Shown piece after piece: positions 46,052 to 56,305 of a stretch of DNA of 56,305 nt. A program made the translations under genes and the position numbers. The notes beneath the pieces are model-generated. The model did no database searches. It saw nothing but the letters and a program-made list of their open reading frames with translations, and was not told the DNA's origin. Each line of letters opens with the position of its first letter. Positions within the stretch are counted from its first letter, which is position 1. This DNA is from Planctomycetia bacterium (GTDB lineage Bacteria > Planctomycetota > Planctomycetia > Pirellulales > S012-138): positions 1 to 56,305 of the forward strand of contig JACOUI010000087.1 of the NCBI GenBank assembly GCA_016177915.1, given 5' to 3'.

Positions 46052-46421
46052 GAGGGCCTCCTCCCTGGGGTTCGTCGATCATAGCAGAGTCTCCGCGACC
46101 GGCACAGGTTGCGCCGCCGCCGCCGGCAGGGTCAAAAAAACAGCGACAAACTGCCCTGAGAATGATTGATTCCCTCAGGAGGTGCGGCTATGGTAGCGAT
46201 GTTTGTGGGGCCGCGCTTGGCGTCGCCGGCGGCGCGGCACGACGGTGACGGGCCGGCGAAGCACTTCGGAGATTCGCGTCGGCCGGGTCGGCCTTTTGCG
46301 GCAAAGTTCGGTTCCGATCGGAGTTGCACAGCGCATCGTGAAGCAGCGGTCGGACGCGGCCGGGGAACATCGACGAGGCAAACTCGTTTCCGGGACCTGT
46401 TTTCTTCGCGGAGGAATGTAG

Positions 46422-46538
46422 ATGGACTTCATCAAGAATTTCTTTACGGCGCTTGACTGGTGGTGGTACGCGCTCTTCGCCGTGATGCTCGTGCTGATCG
46501 GCGTGCTGATCTACTTGCGCAAGAGGGAGCAAGAGTAA
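46422..46538 (+). CDS. Small single-pass membrane protein (38 aa), absent from the ORF track
   Basis: GGAGG RBS; MDFIKNFFTALDWWWYALFAVMLVLIGVLIYLRKREQE; high GC3. Confidence 0.7.
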   Translation: MDFIKNFFTALDWWWYALFAVMLVLIGVLIYLRKREQE

Positions 46539-46841
46539 GTCCATCTCCGCAGGAAGCGATTCGCCGCCGCCGCGCGCGGGCAGACTCGAGCGGACGATCG
46601 GGCAATCTCGAGCGGGCAAGGTTGCACCCGGATGAGACCGGGAGCGGCGCACGAACGTTGAGCAGCGGGCCGGACGGGACTTGCAACGGAAGTTTGCGGG
46701 CTGACAAGACAGGAGCAGAACAGGGCGTTGGCGCGAAACGACGCGGTCGGGTCCTGGGGGGCCGTTCGCCGACGGCGGCGGAGGGCGAACCTGACCCGCG
46801 CGGCGGTCGCGCGAGCGCCCTGGTCCTTTTTTGGGGGAGCC

Positions 46842-47672
46842 ATGGGCCGCAATCCGACGGCGATCGTGCTTCTAGGTGGATTCGTATTGGCGGCGGCGCT
46901 GGGCATTTGGACCTCCGTTGACCAAGCGCCGCGGGATCAGCCTCTCGGCGATGCCGGTCGCCGCTCTGCGTTCGCCGATGCGAGCGTGGATGACAAGACC
47001 GCGACACGTCCCTGGGAAGGCGAGACGCCCATCGTCGCCACCTTCTCCATCGTGGCCTGCGACCTGGAGCAGAAGGAATGGGGCGTGGCGGTGCAGTCGC
47101 GCGTGCTGGCCGTCGGTTCCATTGTGCCCTTCGCATCGGCCGACGTCGGCGCCATCGCCACGCAGTCGCTGGCCAACACGAAGTACGGCCCGGAGGGGCT
47201 GAGGATGCTGGCCGACGGCAAATCGGCCGAGGAGGTGGTCAAGGCGCTGACGGAGTCCGACGAGGGCCGCGAGCGCCGGCAACTGGGCGTCGTCGACCGC
47301 GAGGGACGCGCGGCGAGTTTCACCGGCGCCAAGTGCCTGGAGTGGGCCGGCGCGGTCTCCGGCAAGAACTACACCTGCCAGGGCAACATCCTGGCCGGAA
47401 AGAACGTCGTCGAGGACATGGCCAAGGCGTTCGAGGAGAAAGAAGGCAAGCTGGCCGACAAGATGGTTGCCGCGCTCGAAGCCGGGCAAAAAGCCGGCGG
47501 AGACAAGCGCGGACAGCAGTCGGCCGCGATCTTGGTCGTGCGCCAGGGGGCCGGCTACGCGGGATTCGACGACAAGCTGATCGACCTGCGCGTGGACGAC
47601 CACGCCACGCCGATCGACGAGCTGAAGCGGCTTTTGGATCTGCGGCTGCGGCGGACGCACAAGCCGGAGTAG
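46842..47672 (+). CDS. DUF1028 domain protein (Ntn-hydrolase-like), exported
   Basis: ATFSIVA, GVAVQS, GAIATQ, RQLGVVD, QGNIL, GGDKRGQQSAA and DLRVDDH motifs. Confidence 0.9.
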   Translation: MGRNPTAIVLLGGFVLAAALGIWTSVDQAPRDQPLGDAGRRSAFADASVDDKTATRPWEGETPIVATFSIVACDLEQKEWGVAVQSRVLAVGSIVPFASADVGAIATQSLANTKYGPEGLRMLADGKSAEEVVKALTESDEGRERRQLGVVDREGRAASFTGAKCLEWAGAVSGKNYTCQGNILAGKNVVEDMAKAFEEKEGKLADKMVAALEAGQKAGGDKRGQQSAAILVVRQGAGYAGFDDKLIDLRVDDHATPIDELKRLLDLRLRRTHKPE

Positions 47673-47810
47673 GAATCGGCTCGGCGACGGCGTTGCTGTC
47701 GCCCCCGGCGCGGCAAACTTCGCCCATTCGGCTTCAAGCCGACCAGCCGTCCCAGCCGACATAACCGGCAAGGTAGTCTCTGGTCGCTGCATTTCTGCAT
47801 GGAGGCTGGC

Positions 47811-48245
47811 ATGGCACGTCCGCTTGCGTACGTCGCGGTACTCGGGTTTCTGGCGGCGTCGACCGCACTGGGGCAGGGTCCTGGAGCGGAGACGGGGCGG
47901 TACGCGCCCCCGCCGGACGCCGGCGGCCAGAGCATCTATCGCGCCCCCATCCAGCCGATGCATCAGCCGATGGGCCCGGATCAGGCTCGTCCCATGAACC
48001 CGCCGGCGCAGGACGCGACCGACGATTCCTGGCTTGGACTCCCGCGCCAGATCATGGCCAAGGCGGAGCGCTGGCAGCCCGGCGAGCGGATCGACTCGCG
48101 CTACGCGCCGAGCTTTTACCGCCGCAACACGCCCAGCCCCTACCCGCCGGCCGTGCTGCGAGGCAATCCCGACTACGTGCCCGAGGTCCGCGCGCGCCGC
48201 ACCTGGCGCGACGAGATGAGCCGGTTCTTCCTGCCGTTCTTTTAG
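47811..48245 (+). CDS. Secreted Pro-rich hypothetical protein
   Basis: GGAGG RBS, signal peptide and a low-complexity mature part. Confidence 0.55.
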   Translation: MARPLAYVAVLGFLAASTALGQGPGAETGRYAPPPDAGGQSIYRAPIQPMHQPMGPDQARPMNPPAQDATDDSWLGLPRQIMAKAERWQPGERIDSRYAPSFYRRNTPSPYPPAVLRGNPDYVPEVRARRTWRDEMSRFFLPFF

Positions 48246-48293
48246 TCGAGCGTGGCGCGGCGGGCGGAGACGGCCGCCGCGCAGAAACGACTC

Positions 48294-49220
48294 TCATGGC
48301 GCGCCGCCGGACGACCCCGCACCCGCGGCCTTCTTTCCCGCCGCCGCCAGCGGCGGCAGCCGGCTAAAAAACGCCTTCAGCGCCGTTTCGTAACCCGGCG
48401 TCATCGGGTCGTCGTTGTGGAATTGGCCCTTCAGCGGCAGGAACAACTTGGTCTCGCTGCCCGCCAGGTCGTACAGGCGGCGCCCGAACTCCATCGGGAT
48501 GACCTCGTCGTACTCGGCGTGGACCATGAGCAGCGGGCCGGTGTAGCGGGGAATCTTCGACGCCGAGTCCAGCCGCGTGCGCATCAGCCAGCGCACGGGA
48601 AGCCAAGGATAGTGGTAGGCGCCCACGTCCGGCAGGGACGTGAAGGTGTTCTCCAGGATCAGGGCGCGGGCCCCGTCGTTGACCGCCAGGTCCACCATCA
48701 CGCCGCCGCCCAGCGACTCGCCCATCAGCACGATCTCCTTCTCGGCCCGCCCCGTCCGCTGGGCCAGCCAGGCGCGGGCGGCCCGGGCGTCGGCCAGGAT
48801 GCCTTCTTCGTCGGGGACGCCCTCGCTTTTGCCGTAGCCCCGATAGTCGAAGATCATGATGGAGACCTGGTGATCGCGGCGGATGCGGTCGACCGTCGAC
48901 GCGCGATGGCTGAGGTTGCCGGCGTTCCCGTGCGCAAACAGGATCATCTCGCGCGGATTGGGGTGCGGCAGGAACCAGCCGTGCAGCTTCGTGCCGTCGG
49001 CGGCCTGAAAATTCACGTCCTCGAACTGCAGCCAGGAGGGGTTCCAGTCGCCGTCGCTGCTCGGAAAGAAAATCATCGACCGCTCGAGCAACATCATGGC
49101 CACCATCACGGCGAGGTAGAAGCCGATCGCAAACAGCAGCACGCGCAGCGGCGCTCTCTGCCACGGGCGGCGCCGGCGCGGCGGAGCGGCGGTTTTGGCG
49201 TCGGACGCGGGTTGCGACAT
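48294..49220 (-). CDS. Alpha/beta hydrolase (YfhR/ABHD13-like)
   Basis: N-terminal TM, HGNAGN, DYRGYGKSEG, GESLGG nucleophile elbow, H..YDEVIP and HND motifs. Confidence 0.9.
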   Translation of the reverse strand: MSQPASDAKTAAPPRRRRPWQRAPLRVLLFAIGFYLAVMVAMMLLERSMIFFPSSDGDWNPSWLQFEDVNFQAADGTKLHGWFLPHPNPREMILFAHGNAGNLSHRASTVDRIRRDHQVSIMIFDYRGYGKSEGVPDEEGILADARAARAWLAQRTGRAEKEIVLMGESLGGGVMVDLAVNDGARALILENTFTSLPDVGAYHYPWLPVRWLMRTRLDSASKIPRYTGPLLMVHAEYDEVIPMEFGRRLYDLAGSETKLFLPLKGQFHNDDPMTPGYETALKAFFSRLPPLAAAGKKAAGAGSSGGAP

Positions 49221-49333
49221 GGCTCGGGCCGGGGCTGGGCGACGGGCGACGGCCGCGGACGTGGGAGCGGCACGCGCGCTCACGTATACTACCACCCGGC
49301 GGCCGAAATGTTCAGTAGGCGACGCGAAACGCC

Positions 49334-50728
49334 CTACTTTCCGGCGATTCGCAAACAAGCCAGCCGCCCGTCCCGGTCCTTGCAGAACAGCTTCCCGTCG
49401 GCCAGGACGACGTGCGGCCAGACGTCGTTTTCGGCCAGCCCGCGCCGCCGCCAAAGCTCTTCATACTTCTCCGGCGACCGCTGGGCCGTTTCCGCCAGGA
49501 ACAGATCGCCCCGGTCGGCCCAGACGATGAGGCGGTCGTCGGCTGTGACGATGCACGATCCGGCGTCGCCCACGCGCGGCCCCTCCCAGACCGTCTTGCC
49601 GCTCTCAAAGTCGAGGCATTGCAGCCGCCCAAAGGCCCAGTAGACGCGGCCCTTGTGGATCACCGGGCTGCACGTCTTCGACGACGCCCTTTCCCGCTCC
49701 CAAACCTTCCGCGCTCCGCGCAGCGTGATCTCCAGCTTGCAAACGCTGTCGTGATTGTAGCCCGACGTCACGACGACGAACTGCTCGTGAACCGCCGGCG
49801 TGGCGATGCTGTTGGCAAACTCGGTGATCCAGGGATACTCGGCCACGGTGCGGCCCTCGCTTCCCGCGTCGAGCCTCGCGACGAGCAGGTGCGAAAACGT
49901 GAGCACCGCCGCGCAGGGCACGCCTTCGACCGTCATCGGCACGAGCCCGCCGGTGTGGCCCGCCAGGTCGCGCGACTGCGACGTCCAGACGCGCTCGCCG
50001 GTGCGCTTGTCGAAGGCCATCAGGTTTCCCTCGGGCGAGCCGACTTCCACGATCAGCCAAGACCCGTGAACGAGCGGCGAGGCCGTGTAGCCGTAGTCGC
50101 GCTGCCCGCTGCGCCCGACGCGCGGCCGCGGCGGCATGCGATAGCGGTCGTAGAGGTTGATGCCCCAGGCCTTGCGTCCTTGGTCGCGAGTGTCCCAGGC
50201 CGCCAGGTCCCCGTCGCAGCTCAGGGTGTAGAGCAGGCCCGACTCGTCGTCGTACTCCGATGTCGACGTGGGCCCGGAATAAAGGCCCTCGTCGCCGTTG
50301 GCGTTGCGTCCGTAGCGGCGGCAGCGATAGCTCGTTTTCCAGATTTGCTTGCCCGTCGCGGCGTCCAGGCAAAACAGGTTGTCGGACTGGCCGTCGTTTC
50401 CCAGCACGTACACGCGGCTTTCCACGACGATCGGCGAGGTCGATCCGGCGCCGACGTGGGCCGTCCAGAGCGGGTTTCCCTCGAGCCACTCTTTGCCCTT
50501 CCAGCCGGATTGTTCGTCGACGAGGTCATTCCGATTTGGCCCGCGCCAGTGCGGCCAATCCGTAGGGTGGGCACCGCCGGCACCGCCCACCTTTTCTTGC
50601 GTGCGGGCGCGGTTGTTTTCCGCCAGCACCAACAGGGCGCCGGCGATCACCAGGCTGGTCGGCACGGCCCATTTCACATTGAACACCGCAACTCGTGCCA
50701 TCACATGGGTCCAATGTGGAACAATCAT
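49334..50728 (-). CDS. PQQ-binding-like beta-propeller repeat protein
   Basis: DWPHWRGPNR, repeated LDAATGKQIW / FDKRTGERVW / LDFESGKTVW blades and a LACL terminus. Start may instead be 50701. Confidence 0.85.
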   Translation of the reverse strand: MIVPHWTHVMARVAVFNVKWAVPTSLVIAGALLVLAENNRARTQEKVGGAGGAHPTDWPHWRGPNRNDLVDEQSGWKGKEWLEGNPLWTAHVGAGSTSPIVVESRVYVLGNDGQSDNLFCLDAATGKQIWKTSYRCRRYGRNANGDEGLYSGPTSTSEYDDESGLLYTLSCDGDLAAWDTRDQGRKAWGINLYDRYRMPPRPRVGRSGQRDYGYTASPLVHGSWLIVEVGSPEGNLMAFDKRTGERVWTSQSRDLAGHTGGLVPMTVEGVPCAAVLTFSHLLVARLDAGSEGRTVAEYPWITEFANSIATPAVHEQFVVVTSGYNHDSVCKLEITLRGARKVWERERASSKTCSPVIHKGRVYWAFGRLQCLDFESGKTVWEGPRVGDAGSCIVTADDRLIVWADRGDLFLAETAQRSPEKYEELWRRRGLAENDVWPHVVLADGKLFCKDRDGRLACLRIAGK

Positions 50729-50810
50729 TGGCCGACGCTCTGTTGTACACTCCTGACCGCCGCGTGCCAGGGTTACGGCGAATCTCGGCGTCCGGTCCGG
50801 CCAGGCCGTC

Positions 50811-52559
50811 CTACAAGTCGAAATGGAAGGCCAGCCACTGGGGCATTTCGCGGCCGGCCACTGCGAACACAACGTAGTTCCCCGATCGGTGGACGATCCG
50901 CGACGCCCACGGATAGGCCGCGGGAGGAACTCTCTCCGGCCCGCCGTCCAGGAATGCGCGCATCCGTTCCATCCCGAACCGCGACAGGTCGCAGACGACG
51001 AACCGCTGAGGGCTGGCGGCGAGCGCCGCGTGGATTTTCGGCCGGTGCCTGGCGTAGATGACCAGGTGGTCTTGCAGGAAGACGTAGCGCGTCGAGGGAC
51101 TCAAGTCGAGGTCCAGGTAGATCGGCACGGTGGGCAAGCTGAAGCAGGTCACCTCGCCGGGCGCGACTTCTTGTCGGCGGAGGAACTTCTCCATCTCTTC
51201 CAGGTCCGTCCAATCCACGCGCGAAAGTAGCGTGAGCCGGTCGCGCAGTTCCGGCGTGCTCCCTTCTCGGAGGCATTCCATCCAGGCGCCCGCGCGCTCG
51301 ACGGTCAGCGACGGCAAGCTCAGCGCTAGGCAGATGCCAAGGGAAGCCATCGCGGCGGATTTCGCCGCCGGTCGCGCCGCCGAAAGCCCGCGGCTGGCGA
51401 CGAGCGCAATCGCCAAAACGAGCGCCGGCACGTGGACGTAGTCGAACAAGTGCTGCAGGAAAACCGCCTGCGACAGCCAGGCGAGATAAAACGCCGCCGG
51501 TAGTTTCATCGCGTCCCCGCCCGTGCGGCCGCGCGCGAAGAACAACTGCCGGATTGCCAGCGGCAAGGCGAAGAGATGCACGAGCACCCAGGGAAAGAAC
51601 CGAGCACAAAGGCCCAGCACCGGCAGCCAGCCCTGGCCGGCGTACATGTCGTGCGCGAAATACTCGCGGTTCCAGACGAACATGACTTCGACGAACCCCG
51701 GCCAGGCGCCCGTGACGATGAGCCAGGCGACGCCCGCCGCTCCCACGGCCGCGCCGCCGGCCAGGAACGCGAATCCGTCGAGCGCCAGACGGCCGGCCGT
51801 CGTCCGCGCCGCACGCCGCGCCTGCCAGGCAGCGACCAGCCAGCAGGCGATTGCCGGGACTGCGACAAAGGGCTTGATCCAGAAGGCCGCCGCCCAGACG
51901 GCGCCTTCGGCCAGCGCCCAGCCTGCGATCGCGCGGCGCGACGACTCCGGTAGCGACAAACGCCGCAATTGCCCGCGACGCAGTTCCAAACCTACGAGCG
52001 CCGGCAGCAACATCCACGTGTCGCGCTGGCAATGGCACCATTCCGTCGTCGTGAAGTAAAAGGCCAGCACCACTGCAACCAGTCCCAACCGTGCCCCCGT
52101 CCCCACACTAACCCGACGCGCCAGCGAGCGAGATTCACTAACCCGACGCGCCAGCGAGGGAGCAACTCCTTGCACGTCAGCTCGCGATCCCTCGCTGCCA
52201 GTCAGCCATCGCCCTAGCAGCCAGGCGATGCCCGCCACAAATAACAGGTCCACCGCGCGGAGCGCCGCGGACTCCCAGCCCAAGACCGACCGGATCGCCA
52301 CGTGCAGCCACACGATGCCCGGCAGGTTCGGCTCCAGCGCGTCGCGGTAGAGCACCTGGCCCTGCAACACGCCGCGGGCCAAGAGGTCGTAGTTCGTGAT
52401 GTCGCTGTCGAGTCCCAGGCAGAGGAACGCGGGCCCGTGCACAACGACGAGCACCAGAAGCAGCCCGCCGGCCAGGAGCGCGCTGGCATACCCCGGCCGC
52501 GCGACGGGAGCGGCGCTCGTTGCAGGCGGCAAGTTTGCGGTCGGGTGAAGGGTCGTCAT
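50811..52559 (-). CDS. Polytopic membrane protein, possibly a GT-C fold glycosyltransferase
   Basis: About 10 TMs, DSD...YD in the first loop, LYRDALEPNLPG, QRDTW and WIKP motifs. Confidence 0.6.
   Translation of the reverse strand: MTTLHPTANLPPATSAAPVARPGYASALLAGGLLLVLVVVHGPAFLCLGLDSDITNYDLLARGVLQGQVLYRDALEPNLPGIVWLHVAIRSVLGWESAALRAVDLLFVAGIAWLLGRWLTGSEGSRADVQGVAPSLARRVSESRSLARRVSVGTGARLGLVAVVLAFYFTTTEWCHCQRDTWMLLPALVGLELRRGQLRRLSLPESSRRAIAGWALAEGAVWAAAFWIKPFVAVPAIACWLVAAWQARRAARTTAGRLALDGFAFLAGGAAVGAAGVAWLIVTGAWPGFVEVMFVWNREYFAHDMYAGQGWLPVLGLCARFFPWVLVHLFALPLAIRQLFFARGRTGGDAMKLPAAFYLAWLSQAVFLQHLFDYVHVPALVLAIALVASRGLSAARPAAKSAAMASLGICLALSLPSLTVERAGAWMECLREGSTPELRDRLTLLSRVDWTDLEEMEKFLRRQEVAPGEVTCFSLPTVPIYLDLDLSPSTRYVFLQDHLVIYARHRPKIHAALAASPQRFVVCDLSRFGMERMRAFLDGGPERVPPAAYPWASRIVHRSGNYVVFAVAGREMPQWLAFHFDL
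52106..52197. repeat. In-frame REP-like insertion in the membrane-protein gene
   Basis: CACTAACCCGACGCGCCAGCGAG at 52106 and 52136 (30-bp period) plus an inverted TCCCTCGCTG at 52188; translates as SLARRVS twice. Confidence 0.8.
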
Positions 52560-52620
52560 GCAAGACCGTGCTCGGCCGTCTCGTCGGAAACCGCCGAAAA
52601 CATAGCTTTTTCGCGTGTTT

Positions 52621-52727
52621 CGTGGGGTAGGCGTCTCGCCTGCCGTTTTCATGCACCCACCGCGCCGCCGACAGGCAGGCGGGACGCCTACCCCACGGGG
52701 AAAGGCAGGCGAGACGCCTACCCCACG
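52621..52727. repeat. Cluster of three REP-like 24-mers
   Basis: 52621..52644 forward; 52674..52697 (1 mismatch) and 52704..52727 inverted; same family as 11966. Confidence 0.9.
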
Positions 52728-52789
52728 AGGTCGGCCAGGCGCCAATGCTATCCTTCAAAGTAGTGCCGCAATTTGCTGCGAGAAATCAC

Positions 52790-54679
52790 ATGCCGCCAAT
52801 CTGGCCGATCCTGGTCGTGTTGGCCGCTATGGACGCGCCGCAGGCCGGTCCGCGCGCCAACGACGCGGGCACGGCCTATGACTTCGCGCTCCCCGATTCG
52901 CGCGGGGTCGTGCATCGCTTGAGCGACCTTCACGGCAAGAAGCTGGTCGTGGCGGCATTCCTGGGGGTCGAGTGTCCGCTGGCGCGGCGCTACGGACAGC
53001 GGCTGGGCAACATCGCGCGAGACTACGAGCCGCGCGGCGTGGCCTTTGTCGGCGTGATGTCCAACTCGCAAGACTCGGCGACCGACATTGCCGCTTATGC
53101 GAAAGAGCACGGGATCGACTTCCCGCTGCTCAAGGACGATCGCCACGTTGCCGCCGACCGCTTCGGCGCAGAGCGCACGCCCGAGGTGTTCGTGCTCGAC
53201 GAGGAGCGAAGGATTCGTTATCGCGGACGGATTGACGACCAGTACGCCGTCGGCATCGGCCGGGCGCAGCCGCAGCGCTACGATTTGATCGCCGCGCTCG
53301 ATGAACTGCTGGCGGGCAAGGCCGTCACGCAGCCGCGCACCCAAGCGCCCGGCTGCCTGATCGGACGCGGCCCCGCCAAAGCCGCGCAAGGCAAGGTCAC
53401 GTACACCCGCGACGTCGCGCTCATCCTGCAGAATCGCTGCCAGACGTGTCACCGGCCGGGGCAGATCGGGCCGTTTTCGCTCACGTCGTACGACGACGCC
53501 GCCGGCTGGGCCGGGACGATCCGCGAGGTGATCGAGCAAGGCCGCATGCCCCCCTGGCACGCCGACCCGCGCTACGGCCGCTTCGCCAACGACCCCTCGC
53601 TCACGGACGACGAAAAGAAACGGATCTTCCAGTGGATCGACGGCGGACTGGTGGAAGGCGATCCGGCCGATCTTCCGCCGCCTGCCAAATTCAACGAGGG
53701 CTGGAACATCCCCGGCCCGGACGTCGTGCTGACTATTCCGCGGACGTTCACGGTGCCCGCCCAGGGAGTGCTCGAGTATCAATACTTCGAGGTCGATCCG
53801 GGCTTCACGAAAGACACCTGGGTGCGGGCAGCGGAAATCCGCCCCAGCAACCGGGCGGTCGTACACCATGCGACGGTCTTCATCCGCCCGCCGGGCTACG
53901 ATCACCTCGTCGCGCACGGCACGCTGGAGGCGTACTGCTTCGCCGCGACAACTTTCGGCACGGCGCCGTTCATTCTGCCGGAGGGGATGGCCAAGGTCGT
54001 GCCGGCCGGCTGGCGGTTTGTGTTCGTGATCCACTACCAGGCCGTCGGCTCGGTGCAAAGCGACCAAACGAGCATCGGGCTGGACCTTGTGGACGCAGCG
54101 ACGGTGAAACAGGAAGTGGCCACGAAGCTGCTGGAGGACCAGGAACTGGTCATCCCGCCGCACGCGGGCAATCACCGCGTCGAGAAATCATGGAAGGCTG
54201 AGCACGACGTGCTGCTCTTGGCGATGTTCCCACACATGCACCTGCGGGGAAAATCGTTCCGCTACGAGGCGTTCTATCCCGACGGCAGGCGCGAGATTCT
54301 GCTGGACGTGCCGCGGTACGATTTCAACTGGCAGCACCGCTACGTGCTGGCCGAGCCAAAGCGGCTGCGGGCCGGCACGACGCTGACGTGTACGGCCCAC
54401 TACGACAACTCGGCGGCCAACCCGGCCAATCCCGACCCGAGCGCGACGGTGCGCTTTGGCCTGCAAAGCTGGGAAGAGATGTTCAACGGCTATTTCGACG
54501 TGGCGCTGGCGGAGCAGGACCTGACGGAGCGGGGCGTCTCGTGGACGCCGGCGATTGTTGCGCTGGCGGTCGTGCTGGGGCTTGGGTTCTTGTGGCGACG
54601 GAGGATGTTCCGTACCAGGCACGGGCACCGCCGGCGGCAAGCCGGTGGTCCGTGTGCCGTCGGCCCGCGCCGCTCGTAG
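52790..54679 (+). CDS. Redoxin + cytochrome c + copper type II monooxygenase-like fusion protein
   Basis: Redoxin domain (ECP, TPEVFVLD, YRGRIDD, GCLI), CQTCH...MPPW, copper ligands VVHH, PHMH and EEM, and a C-terminal TM. Confidence 0.8.
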   Translation: MPPIWPILVVLAAMDAPQAGPRANDAGTAYDFALPDSRGVVHRLSDLHGKKLVVAAFLGVECPLARRYGQRLGNIARDYEPRGVAFVGVMSNSQDSATDIAAYAKEHGIDFPLLKDDRHVAADRFGAERTPEVFVLDEERRIRYRGRIDDQYAVGIGRAQPQRYDLIAALDELLAGKAVTQPRTQAPGCLIGRGPAKAAQGKVTYTRDVALILQNRCQTCHRPGQIGPFSLTSYDDAAGWAGTIREVIEQGRMPPWHADPRYGRFANDPSLTDDEKKRIFQWIDGGLVEGDPADLPPPAKFNEGWNIPGPDVVLTIPRTFTVPAQGVLEYQYFEVDPGFTKDTWVRAAEIRPSNRAVVHHATVFIRPPGYDHLVAHGTLEAYCFAATTFGTAPFILPEGMAKVVPAGWRFVFVIHYQAVGSVQSDQTSIGLDLVDAATVKQEVATKLLEDQELVIPPHAGNHRVEKSWKAEHDVLLLAMFPHMHLRGKSFRYEAFYPDGRREILLDVPRYDFNWQHRYVLAEPKRLRAGTTLTCTAHYDNSAANPANPDPSATVRFGLQSWEEMFNGYFDVALAEQDLTERGVSWTPAIVALAVVLGLGFLWRRRMFRTRHGHRRRQAGGPCAVGPRRS

Positions 54680-54794
54680 GACGCATTGGAATTGCGTCGC
54701 GTGGTCCGACCATCCACGGGGCGCTCCAGGGAGCGCGGGCACGGCCACGGAGCGCCCCCTCGTTCGCGCGACGCATTTCCCAATGCGTCCTACG
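54675..54794. repeat. GTAG-type REP inverted pair
   Basis: CGTAGGACGCATTGG (54675..54689) and CCAATGCGTCCTACG (54780..54794); the left copy contains the upstream gene's TAG. Confidence 0.8.
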
Positions 54795-54820
54795 CAGGAG
54801 CCGACAGACGCGTGTGCCCG

Positions 54821-56305
<1,485 letters not shown>

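Noticed and set aside
46290-46410. Cyclic-di-GMP riboswitch suggested by GGCAAA motifs upstream of the microprotein
   Set aside because: The second hairpin and the GNRA/receptor elements could not be built by eye.
52621-52727. Repeated 24-mers as a possible CRISPR array
   Set aside because: Mixed orientation, irregular short spacing and no cas genes; fits REP elements.

Overview
This is a high-GC bacterial chromosomal segment, very likely from a planctomycete, based on the DUF1549/DUF1553-DUF1501 genes, a PVC-type CxxCH dehydrogenase, DUF1571 and a redoxin-cytochrome-Cu-monooxygenase fusion. The backbone is housekeeping: wcaJ-like, sodA, AsmA-like, RluA, rnpB, glycerate kinase, cdd, lexA, serC, nnrE, tRNA-Met, manA and eno. 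The standout is a ~15 kb block (20.4-35.5 kb) between tRNA-Met(CAT) and a decayed direct-repeat copy of the tRNA 3' part plus its terminator. It encodes what looks like a self-contained trans-envelope electron conduit: a 14-heme MtrA/DmsE-like lipoprotein with an internal 4-heme duplication, an MtrB/PioB-like beta-barrel with a Cys-rich N-terminus and a CX15CH motif, a 12-heme NapC/NirT-anchored cytochrome and a tetraheme c554-like cytochrome. It also carries its own CxxxY-type ccmEFABCD maturation operon and an orphan ResB-like gene. Both window edges carry related AT-rich ends of a probable serine-recombinase element, and the right-hand recombinase frame runs without a stop into enolase. Several distinct REP-like palindrome families occur, some in-frame inside genes. 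All calls come from reading motifs by eye; no database searches were run.
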